A stretch of 64,000 nt of DNA from Asterias rubens (GCF_902459465.1 NC_047076.1:1488001-1552000), one strand, 5' to 3'; positions 11,701 to 23,658 are shown, counted from the first letter of the stretch. Notes: generated by a model not told the origin, from the sequence alone. Program-made: numbers and translations.

Positions 11701-14700
11701 TCTCAGTATAATATCATAACTGGTTAATGGGATTTTACATGCTAAAATAATTTTCGTCTTCCTGAGACGAAAATTATTTTGTGACTTGTTTTTACTAATT
11801 TCTCAAAAACTACAGCACCTCAGTTAGTAATATTTGAAGGGAAGCTTTCCACTATCATTATCTTCAAACCCTGTAAGTTTAATGTAAATCTGAGGACATT
11901 TTAAAAAAGTACCCAAATCCTTTAAAACAGAACATTATTCTTAAACAAATTCTGCTAAGCAAGAATAAGCAGAATACCAGTCACAGATGCTTCATGCAAA
12001 ATTGCATTATAGCTGGTAACCGTTAAACAAAAAAAATAAAAAAAAGGATTCCTGTTGTGTTTTTTTAGCTCCCTTGGGAGTATAAAGCCCCGGGCTGCAG
12101 TGGCGGTCTGTAGGCCTTCTCATACACAATATCAACCTTTAATTTTGTTCAACAGTCTACATCAAATATTCTTGAATGATTCTGTGTTGTTTTGACTTGA
12201 AGGTCAGGTATGCCAGAAACGATGGAGCAACTTCTTGAGAGACAGTGGGATCAAGGGTCAGAGTTCCTGATGCATCAAGCCACTCATCTTGACAGTGAGT
12301 TAATCACATCCTTATTCTTTATAGAGCCTTCTTTCACTAACTTCTTATTTCTCTGGTAATGCAAGAGGCTTGCTACATGTACCTGCTACAGTCCCGCCTT
12401 CAAGTGCCCCCCCCCCCTTTTTTTGAAATTTTTATTTTTAATTTTTATTTTTTTTATAAACATTGGGATGGGTGGTTTTTAACTGTGGGGTTGGTATTAG
12501 GGGACATTCTTTGTGGCAGGATGGCTTTGTAGAGGTGCTGGTCACCTGTTCCTCCTCGCCACTCACTGGCTTGGTATTTTTTAGCTATTTTGCTTCTTTG
12601 TTTCTTCAGGCATGCAACTCTTCTGCGTTTCCGCGGAACTCTGCGTTTTTTGTGTGTTAAAAAAAAAAAAAAAAAAAATCTGATTTTTTTTTAAAAGCCT
12701 AATATATGCCTGGCAACAACAGTGCACAACTACAATCATGTAAAATAAGCCTAGAACATGCTAACAGTGCAGTGCACCTAAGAGCATATTAAACCATTGT
12801 GGGTATCATGTCCCGTGGCGTTTCGGCTGCCTCGCTCTGCACTTGCGTTGTGCCTTTGAAAATGTCCTCTTTTTTTTCAACGGGCAGTTGCCTGCCTGTT
12901 TCTTTATGTATCGATTTGTATATTTATATTTTTATGCCAGTGTTAAGTCTAATAAAACTAAAACTCAACCTAGGCTGCATTCGCATACAGGACTTGATTC
13001 TTTTGGGAAAATCCACAAGACCACAGGACTCGTATCATAAAATGTTTAGAAATAACTTTACAAGAATAAGGCTAGATTTCAAGAAGATTCATCTTAACAT
13101 GACTTGTCAGTATTACGATAGTAATGTGTTCTTTGACTTCACACTTGGCTAAGCAACTGCCATTGATTTGCAGTTAAAATCAATCTGAGCTCTTTGTGAA
13201 ATCAGCCCGTGAATCAAACTAAGAAAAAAACTCAGTTTAACATTGGCTGTTTTTTCTTATTAAGCACTAAGACATTGTCTCCATGGGTAAGTATATTTTA
13301 TTAACACAAAAAGTAGCTAAGCACAACAACAAACTTATGCTTACTAGAATAACATAACCAGCTGAAACACAATGTCTCATGAAGAATTTGTGACTGTATC
13401 CTGCTCATTTCCACAAAGCAAATATTGATAAGCAATTTTTTATGTTAAGCAGCTCTATGAAATTGGGCCCTAAACCAAATTAAATGAAATATGAAACTAA
13501 TGTGTTCTTGTCTGTGCTCCACAGTTGCGTCCCTGCTGTCTTGTTTGTATCAAATACGGCAAGAGAACACCCGTCTAGAAGAGCACCTTACATCTCTTGT
13601 CCAACGTCGGGATCACCTTATTGCCGTCAACCTGCGCCTCGCGAGGCCTCTGCACCAAGGAGGGTCCCCAGAGAACTCAAGACGGAGTCCAAGGTTTAAC
13701 AATGTGATACACTCAGATGGGACGACCATGAGTGCTAGTAGTCAGGTATTGATAGCAAGTCTTTTGGAAGGATGTTCTTGAGTGGGGGCAGAGATTGTAT
13801 ACAGGGTGGGAGTTTTTAAAAAGGGCAAACAACAAAAAATCAAAAATCAGAGAAAGAAGAACATCATGCCTCAATAAGAAACCAGTTCCTTATTGAAACT
13901 CTACATCAGCAACTTAAAAATTGCTGATGTAAAAGTTGCTGACTTAGAGTTTGAATAAGGTACTGGTTTCTTATTAAGGCATGATATTCTTCTTACTCTG
14001 ATTTCTGACTTTTTTGGGCTCTTTTTTTGGCCTACACCATTTATACCTGTAGGTTAGCCTTTGTACTTCCCCCCCCCTTCTCCCAAGAACCAAAAAACGT
14101 GTCTGCTCATTTCTTCCAATGCACACTCGTGATTGCTTTATGTAATAACAGATCTGTAACTGTGCTATTTGATCCATTTACTTTCCTTTTATATAACATT
14201 TACTTGGCTTGTCCCCTTTCGTGTTGCTCCTACGAAAGCCCATCTAGTTTTTATGTAGTTAGTAGTCTTTAAGTGCTACCACACCCTCAAATGCAAGTTT
14301 GTTAACAAATTCATTGATTAAGTTTGATTTGTCAGAAATGTAACTCGTCTTTGGTGAAAGTGGACAATGAGAGGACTTTGTCGTAATGGTGTTTATTTTG
14401 ATTTGTTTTCTTCAAGGAGCTGAACAGCAGTCGGAGCAGTACCCAAAGCCTAAGTCACTCCTTCAATCAATCCTTAAATCACTCTTACAACCAGTCTCCC
14501 TCATCGGCTGCCCTCTCCCACCCTCACGGCAACCCGACCATCAATCTCAATCATTCCCAGTCGTCACTTCACCCTTCCAGTACTCCGCAGAACAACGGCC
14601 TGTCTCATCTTCCCGTCATGCCGTCCCCGATTCCCTCGTCGCAGTCTTCCCGCCATAGCCCCGCCCACTCCCACACCTCAACACCCCTGTCCTCGTCCTC

Positions 14701-16736
14701 ACATGGTACAGTCCAAGTCATCCCGGGTCATGGGCAGGCGACCCCACCTCCAGGTCGACTTACTCCGGGTCATGGGCAGGGACGTATGACCCCAAGCCAG
14801 GAGCGGATGACCCCAGTGCTGGTCAAGACATCTCTGGGTCAAAGTTCATCAGGTCATGGGTCAGAAGGTCATAAAAGAGTACCATCAAGGGACAGGTGAG
14901 TTGTTTATAAATCAAGTAAACCAATCTCCTTATCAAGTTTTCCGAACGAAACAAAAGTTCTGTTTCAACCCTAGCAGAGTCTTTCTCGAAGGCTAAATGG
15001 TAACATAACAAACATGACTAGGTATATAAGTGTAACAGAAACAGTCAAGTGAAAATATATAGAGAGAGGCACACAGAAAAAAGCAAGGGGTAAACAATGA
15101 ATAGGGATGACTGGGTAAGAATTACAATGATTCTTTGAACCTAGAACTTGACATCGATTAAAAACCTTGACTTCTGGGTTTCTGTACGAGTGTCATACGA
15201 GTTTCCTTGTATGCTCCTTTTTCCCCAGCACAAGTACGGAGTCGTCCCATTCAAGTCGTGACAGTACAAGTCGTGATCAACCTACTCAACTCCTTGGGGT
15301 CAATCCAGGGGTCAACCCAGCAATCCATCCAGCAATGCTCTTACAACATCAAAACCTTAATACACTGGTACAGCAGCATCTTACAACTGTAAGTTTCACT
15401 TATGATTATTCATCAGATGTGCATAATTAGACACACCACCTCTGATTATTCATCAGATTTGCATAACTAGACACACCCAACTAACTCAGTTTTGTTATGA
15501 ATTCTCATGATTGGTGATTAATTGATAGATACAGCATATTTGCATGAAGCCTCTTGCCAAAGGGATAGAAAGTTTGACCAACCAAACTTACTACTTCCCT
15601 TGACGACTGACAGAGTATACTGTTCGAAATCTTTAGTCCTTTGGGTCTTCTGATCTGGTCTACACAGTGTCACCGCAAAATGTTTCTTATTAATATTTCT
15701 TTGTTGTTATTTACAGGAACAGCATCAGCAACTTGTGTACCAAATGATGCAAACTCAAAACCCAGGGTTAGGTCTATCCGTCGTTCTCCCCCCTGGCATT
15801 GGAACGGCCACCACAGCAGCATCCCTTCTGCCCGTCAATGGGGAATTACAATCAATGAGTGGGCATACTCAATCACAGAGTACGAGTAGACCTAAGGTAT
15901 GACATCATCAGCCTATAAATAGAATGAGTTAAAGGGGATTGGGAATCCATTCGTAATCTTTGAATTTTCTTGAATTAGTATCTATTCAACCTTTACTTTG
16001 CCTTTTTTTTTCTGATTGTAAGAACTTGGACGCTTTTCCTTTCTGAATATGTAAAATTTACAAAATAATTTCTCAAATTTGTCCACAATCCCGGCCCAAG
16101 TGCTTAGGTTAGTGACAATAAACATACCCCGTGTCCCTGCTCAATGTTAATGACCTCAGCTCGAGTGCAGACCGCGAAATGAGAGCCACTCTTGAACGTG
16201 GGCCAGGGCTCAACGAGAGTTGGCTGTGATTATAGGCCCTTTTTGCAGAATTGATGCAACTGAAAGACACAGAACACTATTGGTAATTGTCAAAGACCAG
16301 TCTTCTCACTTGAGCTCAATGGGTCATCGAAGTTGCGAGACAATAATGAAAGAAAAAACACCCTTGTCACTAGAAGTTGTGTGCCTTTAGACGGTTGATT
16401 TCGAGACCTCAAATTCTAAATCTGAGGTCTCAAAATCAAATTCGTGGAAAATTACTTCTTTCTCAAAAACTGTGTCACTTCAGAAGGAGCCGTTTCTGAA
16501 AATGATTTATACCATCAACCTCTTCCCATTACTTGTCACCAAGTTTTATACCAATAATTATTTTGAGTAATTGTGTCCACTGCCTTTAAGAAAAGTGCCC
16601 ATAGCTGCAGTATCTATGTCAACTTTACTAAAGCTTTATTTACATCTTACAAATCCTATAATGACTATTTTGTTAATTTTTTTTTCAGAGTCCGAGAGGC
16701 GAAAGGAGACAGACAAATTCCAAAGACAAGAGCTAG
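2749..16736 (+). CDS. MLLT10: AF10/AF17-family protein (PZP domain plus OM-LZ; DOT1L cofactor), 14 coding exons, ~1178 aa
   Basis: Exons 2749-2857, 4032-4111, 4688-4742, 6421-6530, 7520-7623, 8322-8415, 8590-10282, 11338-11449, 12203-12294, 13525-13745, 14417-14895, 15229-15388, 15717-15896, 16689-16736. All are GT-AG with matching phases (3537 nt, ends TAG). The N-terminus MKEMIGGCCVCGDERGWTENPLVYCDGQGCNVAVHQACYGIVTVPTGPWYCRKCESQERSARVRCELCP...WAHVVCALYIPEV is the AF10/AF17 PHD-Zn knuckle-PHD. The octapeptide EQLLERQW is present, followed by a leucine zipper. It is probably the single co-ortholog of vertebrate MLLT10 and MLLT6. Low-complexity C-terminal exons are less certain. Confidence 0.95.
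4945..5308 (+). mobile_element. Kolobok-like MITE family A
   Basis: TTAA|AGACACTGGACACTATTGGTAATT...AATTACCAATAGTGTCCACTGCCT|TTAA; the family has multiple copies in the window. Confidence 0.85.
5643..5830. mobile_element. CpG-rich fold-back MITE (AGGCC termini)
   Basis: TIR AGGCCGGTTTATAGTC / GACTGTAACTCGGCCT; a second copy is inverted at 26315-26469. Confidence 0.75.
6054..6348. mobile_element. GGGCCC-ended fold-back MITE (family C)
   Basis: CCAGGGCCCAATTTCATAG...CTATGAAATTGGGCCTGG. Confidence 0.8.
7145..7493. mobile_element. TIR element with repeated CCAATAGGAAT motifs
   Basis: TTCATAAATACCT / AGGTATTTATGAA inverted termini; ends 26 nt before the AF10 exon 5 acceptor. Confidence 0.55.
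7780..8020 (-). mobile_element. tRNA-related repeat (same family as 42131-42795)
   Basis: Shares CTCTTTACTTTCCCGAG, TTCGAACCCATG, GCTAGAGGCAGTTC and GGATAAAGAATATT blocks with the 42-kb copies. Confidence 0.7.
8070..8278. mobile_element. Family C MITE
   Basis: CCAGGGCCCAGTTTCA...GAAATGGGCCCTGG. Confidence 0.75.
8887..9237 (+). repeat. Coding tandem repeat, 9 x 39 bp (13 aa, SEGRVAESKAARL), in AF10 exon 7
   Basis: Units start at 8887, 8926, 8965, 9004, 9043, 9082, 9121, 9160 and 9199. The central copies are near-identical and the flanking copies are degenerate. Confidence 0.95.
10308..10835. repeat. Degenerate 19-bp minisatellite (GTAAACCTCCCTTCTATCG) in AF10 intron 7
   Basis: More than 20 imperfect units; most homogeneous at about 10490-10610. 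Confidence 0.85.
10907..11298 (-). mobile_element. Kolobok-like MITE family A
   Basis: TTAA|AGGCAGTGGACACTATTGG...CCAATAGTGTCCAGTGTCT|TTAA. Confidence 0.85.
11541..11925. mobile_element. TTAA-flanked MITE nested in a family C MITE
   Basis: TTAA|AGGGTCTATGTACTTTT...AAAAGTACCCAAATCCT|TTAA, interrupting GGCCCAATTTTATAGAGCTG...CTGCTAAGC...GCTGGTAACC. Confidence 0.7.
12203..13640 (+). other. MLLT10: OM-LZ (octapeptide motif-leucine zipper) DOT1L-binding region, exons 9-10
   Basis: Translates as MEQLLERQWDQGSEFLM...IASLLSCLYQIRQENTRLEEHLTSLVQRRDHLIAVNLRL. Confidence 0.9.
13863..13985. mobile_element. 123-bp hairpin MITE in AF10 intron 10
   Basis: ATCATGCCTCAATAAGAAACCAGTTCCTTATTGAAACTCT pairs with AGAGTTTGAATAAGGTACTGGTTTCTTATTAAGGCATGAT. 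Confidence 0.7.
16261..16589 (+). mobile_element. Kolobok-like MITE family A
   Basis: Same internal sequence as 4945-5308; right end GTGTCCACTGCCT|TTAA. Confidence 0.8.
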
Positions 16737-17918
16737 CATTTAGCTTCCCTTCCTGTTCAATATAAAGTAAGTGACGACCCTTAGCTAATTATCAAGTTAT
16801 AATTTGTTTAGTTAATTATGATAATTTTATTTTGTAATTTTTTTTAAATATGCTTAAAATATTCCTGCTGTTTAAGTTAGTCACTGAAATTGAGTTTTTG
16901 TTATTGTTCCCTTGTCTATCACAGTTTTTTTGATAAGTACCTGATTTTATGTTTTGAACTGTTTGTGCCAAAACTGTACAATTTTACACGTAATTAGTAT
17001 GGACGCTTTTTTTACATATCAATTATTGGTTTATTTGTTTGTTTAGTGAACACTTCAATCTTTGTACATTTTTTGGATGAAAGTTTGATCAGCTACATTA
17101 AGATTGTTTACTTGCCCCTCAAAGTTAAAAGACTACGTACGCCATTGGTAAAAGATTGTTCGTTTTTTAATACTGAGAATGAAGAGGATGGACATTTTAT
17201 TTGAAATTGATAAGTGCAAAATTTCATGCCTCTGCTTACCACACCATTCTCTGCTTACTGTGCAAGCGCCGAATATCTATGTAGCGGTGTAAGCGATGAA
17301 TGCCTAGTAACAAGGTACACCCACGACACAAGCAAAAATTCCCTGCTAACTTATACGCTGAAATATGCTTGATGTAAACACAGAATTTCTTGCTTCTGTA
17401 TGCGCCAAGTAAGCAGAGCCATGCAATTGGGCTCAGTTCTTTGCATTGCCCAAGCCCACAGAAGCACCTTCCCTGTTGCAGTGTGATTTTCCAAATAAAT
17501 TGCAAATGGCAGCCATGGTTTGAATATTTTTGCAATGGTAACATCTGCAGTATGATTTAGGATGAATAGCGTCCCATTTAATAAAAACAACTCCACTTTT
17601 ATCGATGGTGTACAAAATGTCAGAATTATGTATATTTTTTCACATGTCATGTTATGTGCAGGATATGAATATGTACAGTAAACAAAACATTAAATAAATC
17701 TCAGGAAAAAAAGTACATATACCTGTAAAAAATACTTGAAAAAATACTCTGAAGTCTAGAGATAAAAAGTAGATCTTTGCTCGTTATGAAGGAAGGAACA
17801 AGACTTCTGACATAACTATTTTTTGAGAAAAAAACCACTTCCTTATGGAAGTATATTGACTGAATAGTTGTTTTAATTCGGATTAAGACTGTCTTTCGAA
17901 GTCTTACTCGATCTCTTA

Positions 17919-18170
17919 CTTGTGTCCTTGAGCAAGGCACTTGACCATAATTGCTTCGTAAAAGTTGGGAAGGTAGTGCATTCTGCTCTACCTGCCGGGC
18001 TCTTAGTATACAAATATTCAGTGCTTCGAGTGCTATGGTTAAAACTACGACTCCCAAAGGTGATCCCCAGAGCGTTCTATGTTCCTGAGGTGCAGCCGAG
18101 GGAAAAAGGAACGGTCCGGGGATCACCGAGGGGGTCAGAGTGTTAACCATATCACGAGTAAAAGCAGTCA
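17919..18170 (+). mobile_element. SINE-like fragment
   Basis: TGTGTCCTTGAGCAAGGCACTT is a hallmark of CORE/Deu-type SINE bodies; the extent is uncertain. Confidence 0.4.
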
Positions 18171-19351
18171 ATATTTGTTTAATAAAACCCCAACAGACTA
18201 TTTATCATCCCCGTACACGTAATGTTCGTACGCGCGTTTCAGGTGGGTAAAAAGACGTCTGGGTACTGCACGCTGTGTGATAGTCGTGGGACTATCACAC
18301 GGCAAACCATGCACTATCACAAAGCTGCCGTTTCTAGTCAAACTAAGACATATCATGTGACATGCTCTAAACCAATGAAAAGGCAGAAAATTTGTAAGGG
18401 GTGTTATAATTTGTGATAACCATGCCTTAAGGGCTGTGAAGGGGGTAACAGGAGTAGGTAGCAACGTGCCTCTGGTGGCAATTGATTTGTGCCAATAGCC
18501 CAAAACCTTGAAGTGGCCATCCTGCCTTGTGATGTTAGGCGATCTCTCATAAAAAATATATAAACAAATATAATAAAATTATTTGCGCATTTTAAAAGAA
18601 TCTGATCGATTTTTGTTTCCTGAAATTAAATCCAGGTTTTTCTTTATTGTGAAATTACACAAACATTACCAAACATTCAAAAGAAGTACGCAGGGATTTA
18701 TTTTGAAAGTTGCAAACACATACGTGACATAAAGCTTTGTTTTTGTCTCATATGTGATGCTTAGTTTCCCAGCTTTGATGGATGTTTTTAATGTTCCCTA
18801 CTTCCCTGTCACTTTTTAAAGTGAATTTCACTTATGACCAAAAGTACTGTAAAGTCTGCTTTGAAGAAAAGATTATTAAATGTTGTAATTTTTTTAATTT
18901 GATGTATTTTTGTAAGATTTGGAAAATGGAAACCTAAAGTTTTAATTTATTTATTTATGGTGTTTAAAGATGAATATCTTTCTTTTCTCCAAAAGGTTAA
19001 ATTTGTTCTTTTTTCTTTCTTTTTTTCTTTCTCATTTCTGTAGTTTAATTTGTTAATATTTTCAAGTTTTCCATTTTTATATGATAAGAAGTTTGAGTGT
19101 TTAATTTTTGTTCTTTTGAGTTAGATTATTTTGTTTCATTCCATCCATGTTCTTACAAAAGTGCATATATGTTAAATTGGAAGTTAAACCTTCTTCTCAC
19201 AAACACTCAAAAGTAGAATCAGATCTTTCCCAGATTTTTCTTTGGCACCAAAGGGTCTGTGTACGGTTGGTATAGACTTTGGAAATTAATGGCAATAAAA
19301 ACTTAATAAGACATACATGTACAGAAGCTTTGGATAGTGTTTACCCTATTC

Positions 19352-19650
19352 ACCTGGGCCCAATTTCATGGCTTTGCTTACTGTAAGCACAGAATCAGCG
19401 CTTACGGAAGCAGGGAATTCTGTGCTTACGGCAAGCGTATTTCACAGGTTAGCGGCGAATTTTGGCTTCTGCGCGTGCGTATTTCACGTTACTAGGCATT
19501 CTACGATTACAATTTCATGGCTCTGCTTACCGCCGAATTCTGCGCTTACGATCGCGATTCTCTAGCTTACAAGGCTAGCGCAGAATTGCGGCGCTCGCAT
19601 GTAAGCGGAGAATCGCGATCGTAAGCGCAGAATTTGGCGGTAAGCAGAAT
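19352..19650. mobile_element. Two fused family C-related MITEs
   Basis: A GGGCCCAATTTCATGG start is followed by a second CAATTTCATGG unit forming a hairpin (CTGCTTACCGCCGAATTCTGCGCTTACGATCGCGATTCTC / GAGAATCGCGATCGTAAGCGCAGAATTTGGCGGTAAGCAG). Confidence 0.65.
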
Positions 19651-20076
19651 AATCTTGGATCGCCATTTTGGTGGTCAATGTCAACGTGCGTTATTCAGTG
19701 ATGTGTGCATTTTTAAACGACGCAGCGTTTACATCGTGTACACATAAACATAACTGCCAACCAAAATGGTCAGCGTACAAAAGTGGCCGCGTGTGACGTG
19801 CGTGCAAGGGGTCAATAATGCATTTTAAGAAACTTTTCAGTTCCAAATAATTTGGTTATGGGAAAAGATATCACCCCATCTCCCCCGAATCATCAATCTG
19901 GGAAGCGTTACTGACAGTATGGTTTCTCAGATTGTGTATTCCAATTGCAGATTATTCTTCCTGTGTGGATGTAACCGCTTCAGGTTTTCAGCCATATATC
20001 TCAAAAACGCTAACACCCTTTGAAATGAAATTTTAAGACAGGTTATGGTACAACGATTTGGGATTGAAGGGTTCAA

Positions 20077-20222
20077 ATGGGAGACTTTGGAACGCTAGGT
20101 GGCAGCAGACTTACCAGGTAAATTTCCATTGTTTACGTAGTTTGAGCACGCACACACTACCAAAAATAATGGATTTTACCTGGAAAGTCTGCTGCCACCA
20201 AGCGTCGCAAAAGTCTCCTATT
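20077..20222. mobile_element. Hairpin MITE with CTCF-like arms
   Basis: Inverted arms GGAGACTTTGGAACGCTAGGTGGCAGCAGACTTACCAGGTAAA / TTTACCTGGAAAGTCTGCTGCCACCAAGCGTCGCAAAAGTCTCC; second copy at 36549-36722. Confidence 0.7.
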
Positions 20223-22110
20223 ACCAAACGTACACAGTCTCTTTAAGATAGATTAAGTAGAATGTTGGTGCAAAAATGAAAACAGTCAGTTTAAAAATGT
20301 TCACCCTGTTGTAGTTTATTGGAATTAATTTGTTAGAATTTGTAATCTTTATATGAACATATTTTAAAGTGTGCAAATTAGTATTGGAGAACAGACCATG
20401 TTTTTATCTCTGTACATAAATACTTTACCAGTTTGTAACATGGATTTTTTATAGAGGTTAGGGAGTCAAAGCTTTTCATACTGGATGTATATTGGTTGAT
20501 TGCAAAGATTAACTCTCTAGATCACTGGAATTTTAGTTGTGTGTTTGACTTTGTACATGTACATGTAGTAGAAAATTTTGGATTATTTGGTGTATATTTT
20601 AGGAATTCCTTGTTAACATAAACACTGATATGGCTGCATACTATTTAACTGTGGTATTAGTATTTCTTTTTTATTAAAACCCTTTTTTACGGTGGCCTGA
20701 AGACAAGAAGAATTTTTAAAGTCACAGCTTCAGACAGCAGGTTGATTGGTGATTTGGGTATTTTTTGATTGTAGGATGAAAATTGCCGAAATCTGCAGTC
20801 ATCTTAATCCTAACCGTTGATTAATATTGGTCTTAAATAGACTGTTGGTTCCCTCACGGAGACCAAGGCTATAGTTGTTAAACCACTAGCTACAGAGCGT
20901 CTAAGAAAAACCTATACACTTTTGGGACAGCTGTTGAATAAAAAACTGTTGAGTCAAAAATAATTCATGACTGGGTGAGCACTGCTCACTTTTGTAAAGG
21001 GTATGACAATTATGTTGCACAGTAATTAGCCTTCCAATCTGTGAGAGTACTTTGGAGCTTACAAAATTCATTCCAAGGTGTCGACTACTTATTCTTCAGT
21101 GAGCAGTGCTCACCCAAGCATGAACTATTTTCAGACTTTTTGGTGTCATATTAAAGTTGAATCCATAAGCTATCCATACAACTAAACCTTTTCCCCCAGA
21201 ATCATATATTTTTTATTCGGCAGCCATTTCAAAAGTGTTTAGTTTTTTTTTGAGACACATGGTAGGCCTATTAGGGAACCAAACCGAAATGGCAGCCAGT
21301 ACATGCCTAGACTCAACCTAGCCAAACTTTAAAGATACTTTTTATCAAGTAATAGTTATAACATACAAGCGACAATGGAACACACTTGTTGGAGTTTAAA
21401 TGTCTTTTAAATTTGTCATAAAAAACATATATTATAAAAAAAAACTAAAAAGATTTGTATCTGTTTTTGATACCTCATAAAACTTTATAGAATAAAACAA
21501 TTTTAACACAGTTAATTAACAGTTTAAAAAATGTACATGTAGTTTGTATTATTCTCACATTATTTCAAATTACTTTGTGTCAAGTAATTCCACACTGATT
21601 GTAAACGAGGTATAGTAAATGTAGTTTCGTAACTTCTTAAGTAAAAACGTTACCACAGAATCTAACTATAATTTTGTGTTCACCAGTTAACATAATTGTC
21701 ACAAAATTGATTATTTGGGGTTCGTATTAAGTTGGTATTACTGTGCTCGGATGAAGCAGACACTTTTTTACATGGACTTATCAAGTTGAATTTATTCTGA
21801 AATTGTTTTTTTTTGCAGAGTAAAGAGTAAAGACACTTTGATGTTTGACTACAAAAAATGTAAAGAGTTTTTTTCACAAAATAATGTGTGCACTCATTTT
21901 GCTAAACTCACCTTTGATATTTTTTTATTTCCTGTGAACCACCTTAAATCCATCAGAATCAAACAGCTGGTTCTGTTGGATTCTGTTGGACTGAGGACTA
22001 CACGACTACCAACATGATTACGTGTAGAGTAAGGTCATATAGCACAGGGCTCAACATTTTAGGGAAGGGGGGGGGGAATTCACAAGACTCCAGGGCTTGA
22101 AACTCAGAAC

Positions 22111-22434
22111 GGTGGCACTGTTGGCTTGTGCGTAAAGCGCTCGCCTCTCACCAAGGTGACCCTGGTTCGATTCCCGGTCGGGGCCATATGTGAGTTGAGT
22201 TGTGCGTTGGTTCTCTGCTGTGCCACAAGGGTGTTCCAGACTATCCGGTTTTCCTCCCTCGGGAAAAAACCCAAACATTTTTGATCTTGGCTGTGCTCCG
22301 TGGTCATAATGGGTTGATGTGGCTGGCAGCTGAATGCGCCCTTGCATGCCTGCTTCTCGAACACGTTGTAGCCGCGCCCTTCGCAATTCAGCTCTAGCTG
22401 CGAGTAAGGACGATTAGCCCCCCAAATTATTATT
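22111..22434 (+). mobile_element. tRNA-derived SINE, near full length
   Basis: tRNA-like head with B box GGTTCGATTCCC, a body with CCGGTTTTCCTCCC (V/Meta-SINE-like) and a short (ATT)n tail. Confidence 0.75.
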
Positions 22435-22990
22435 AACTTTCACTGGACCAGAGAATTTATTTCACTGGACCAAAAGCAAAATGAGAAGAACACTTTGTAC
22501 ACGGCAAGCTAGGATGCATTTTGCTTTACCAAATAGAAATTGTACCAAGGGTTTTTCCTTAGCAGTGTTTATGAAAGGGTTGGATCTGTAAGCATAAAAC
22601 GTTCGCTTACAGACTTTATGAGATGTGGCTCAACTCACTTGGTTAGTAAACACGCCACAGATAATTTTCTTTTGTAAACAAATAAATAACTTATGTCCCT
22701 GGTGTTCCATTAAATGAACAAATTATTTTTATACCAGTGATTGTGAGAGGGATGTGATTTAAAGGGGCTGTGTTGCCATGAGTCAGACCTGTGGCTTTTC
22801 ATATGAATGTTAATGTATCATGAACGTATCACCTTTGTGTCATTTTGCAATGGGGTTGCGATGATATTAAAAAGTCCGACTTTAGTGAAATTAGTTTTTT
22901 AAATCAGTCGCAAACTTGCGACTGATTTCGCAATTTGCGTTAGATATTGGCTGTTTGCGATTGATTTAAAGTTTAGTGAAATCGTCCCCT

Positions 22991-23158
22991 GGTTCATATT
23001 TCCTTTGAAAGCGAATGCGATACGAATTTTGACGTCACAAATTCGCTCTGAATAATTCTTAAGATTTGACTTGTGCTCAACTCCTGTGAAATATTAGCAG
23101 CGGAAATGGAGCTCTGAGGTCAAAACTTGTATTGCATTTTCAGGGAAGTATGAACCAG
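22991..23158. mobile_element. Small TIR element
   Basis: GGTTCATATTTCC / GGAAGTATGAACC termini with internal TTTTGACGTCACA; a related copy lies at about 28175-28310. Confidence 0.55.
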
Positions 23159-23658
23159 GCATAACTGGGTGAGAGTTCATTATTCCATGTTCGCCACAGT
23201 CCTGCTTTTGGTTGAGACAACGTCGCCCTTTTAATGTGTTTTGTTTTAGTCTTTATTGTTTCTAGGTTTACAAATTTAAGAAAATTTCCCGATTACAGGA
23301 AATTAATGAACTACCTATCTACAACGTGTTGATTGTTGAAGTTATTATTATTATTATTATGGTGTTGTACATACATTGATATTTCTGAATAAAAACACTT
23401 CACAATTTCTCAAAATTATGGAAAATAAGAGTTTGTGGATAGTTTTATTTCTATGTCCCTACCTTTCATTGAACTGCTATGTTAGTCATGTTTCCTGTCT
23501 TCTATATCAGTAAAATCATGTGATTTGGGGTCCCAGACTATTTTACCTTTTGGTCTCATTTTGATAAAAATTGTTCAAATGAGAAGTAGAGAATTATCAA
23601 GGCTACTCTAATACAGTCAGCTCTTGTTAAAAGAGCTCTCGTTGTAATGACTGAAGAG

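Noticed and set aside
22111-22190. Possible tRNA genes (also ~38040-38110, 42636-42710 and 57960-58040)
   Set aside because: They have A/B boxes but broken acceptor or anticodon stems, and they run into SINE-type bodies or multi-copy repeats.
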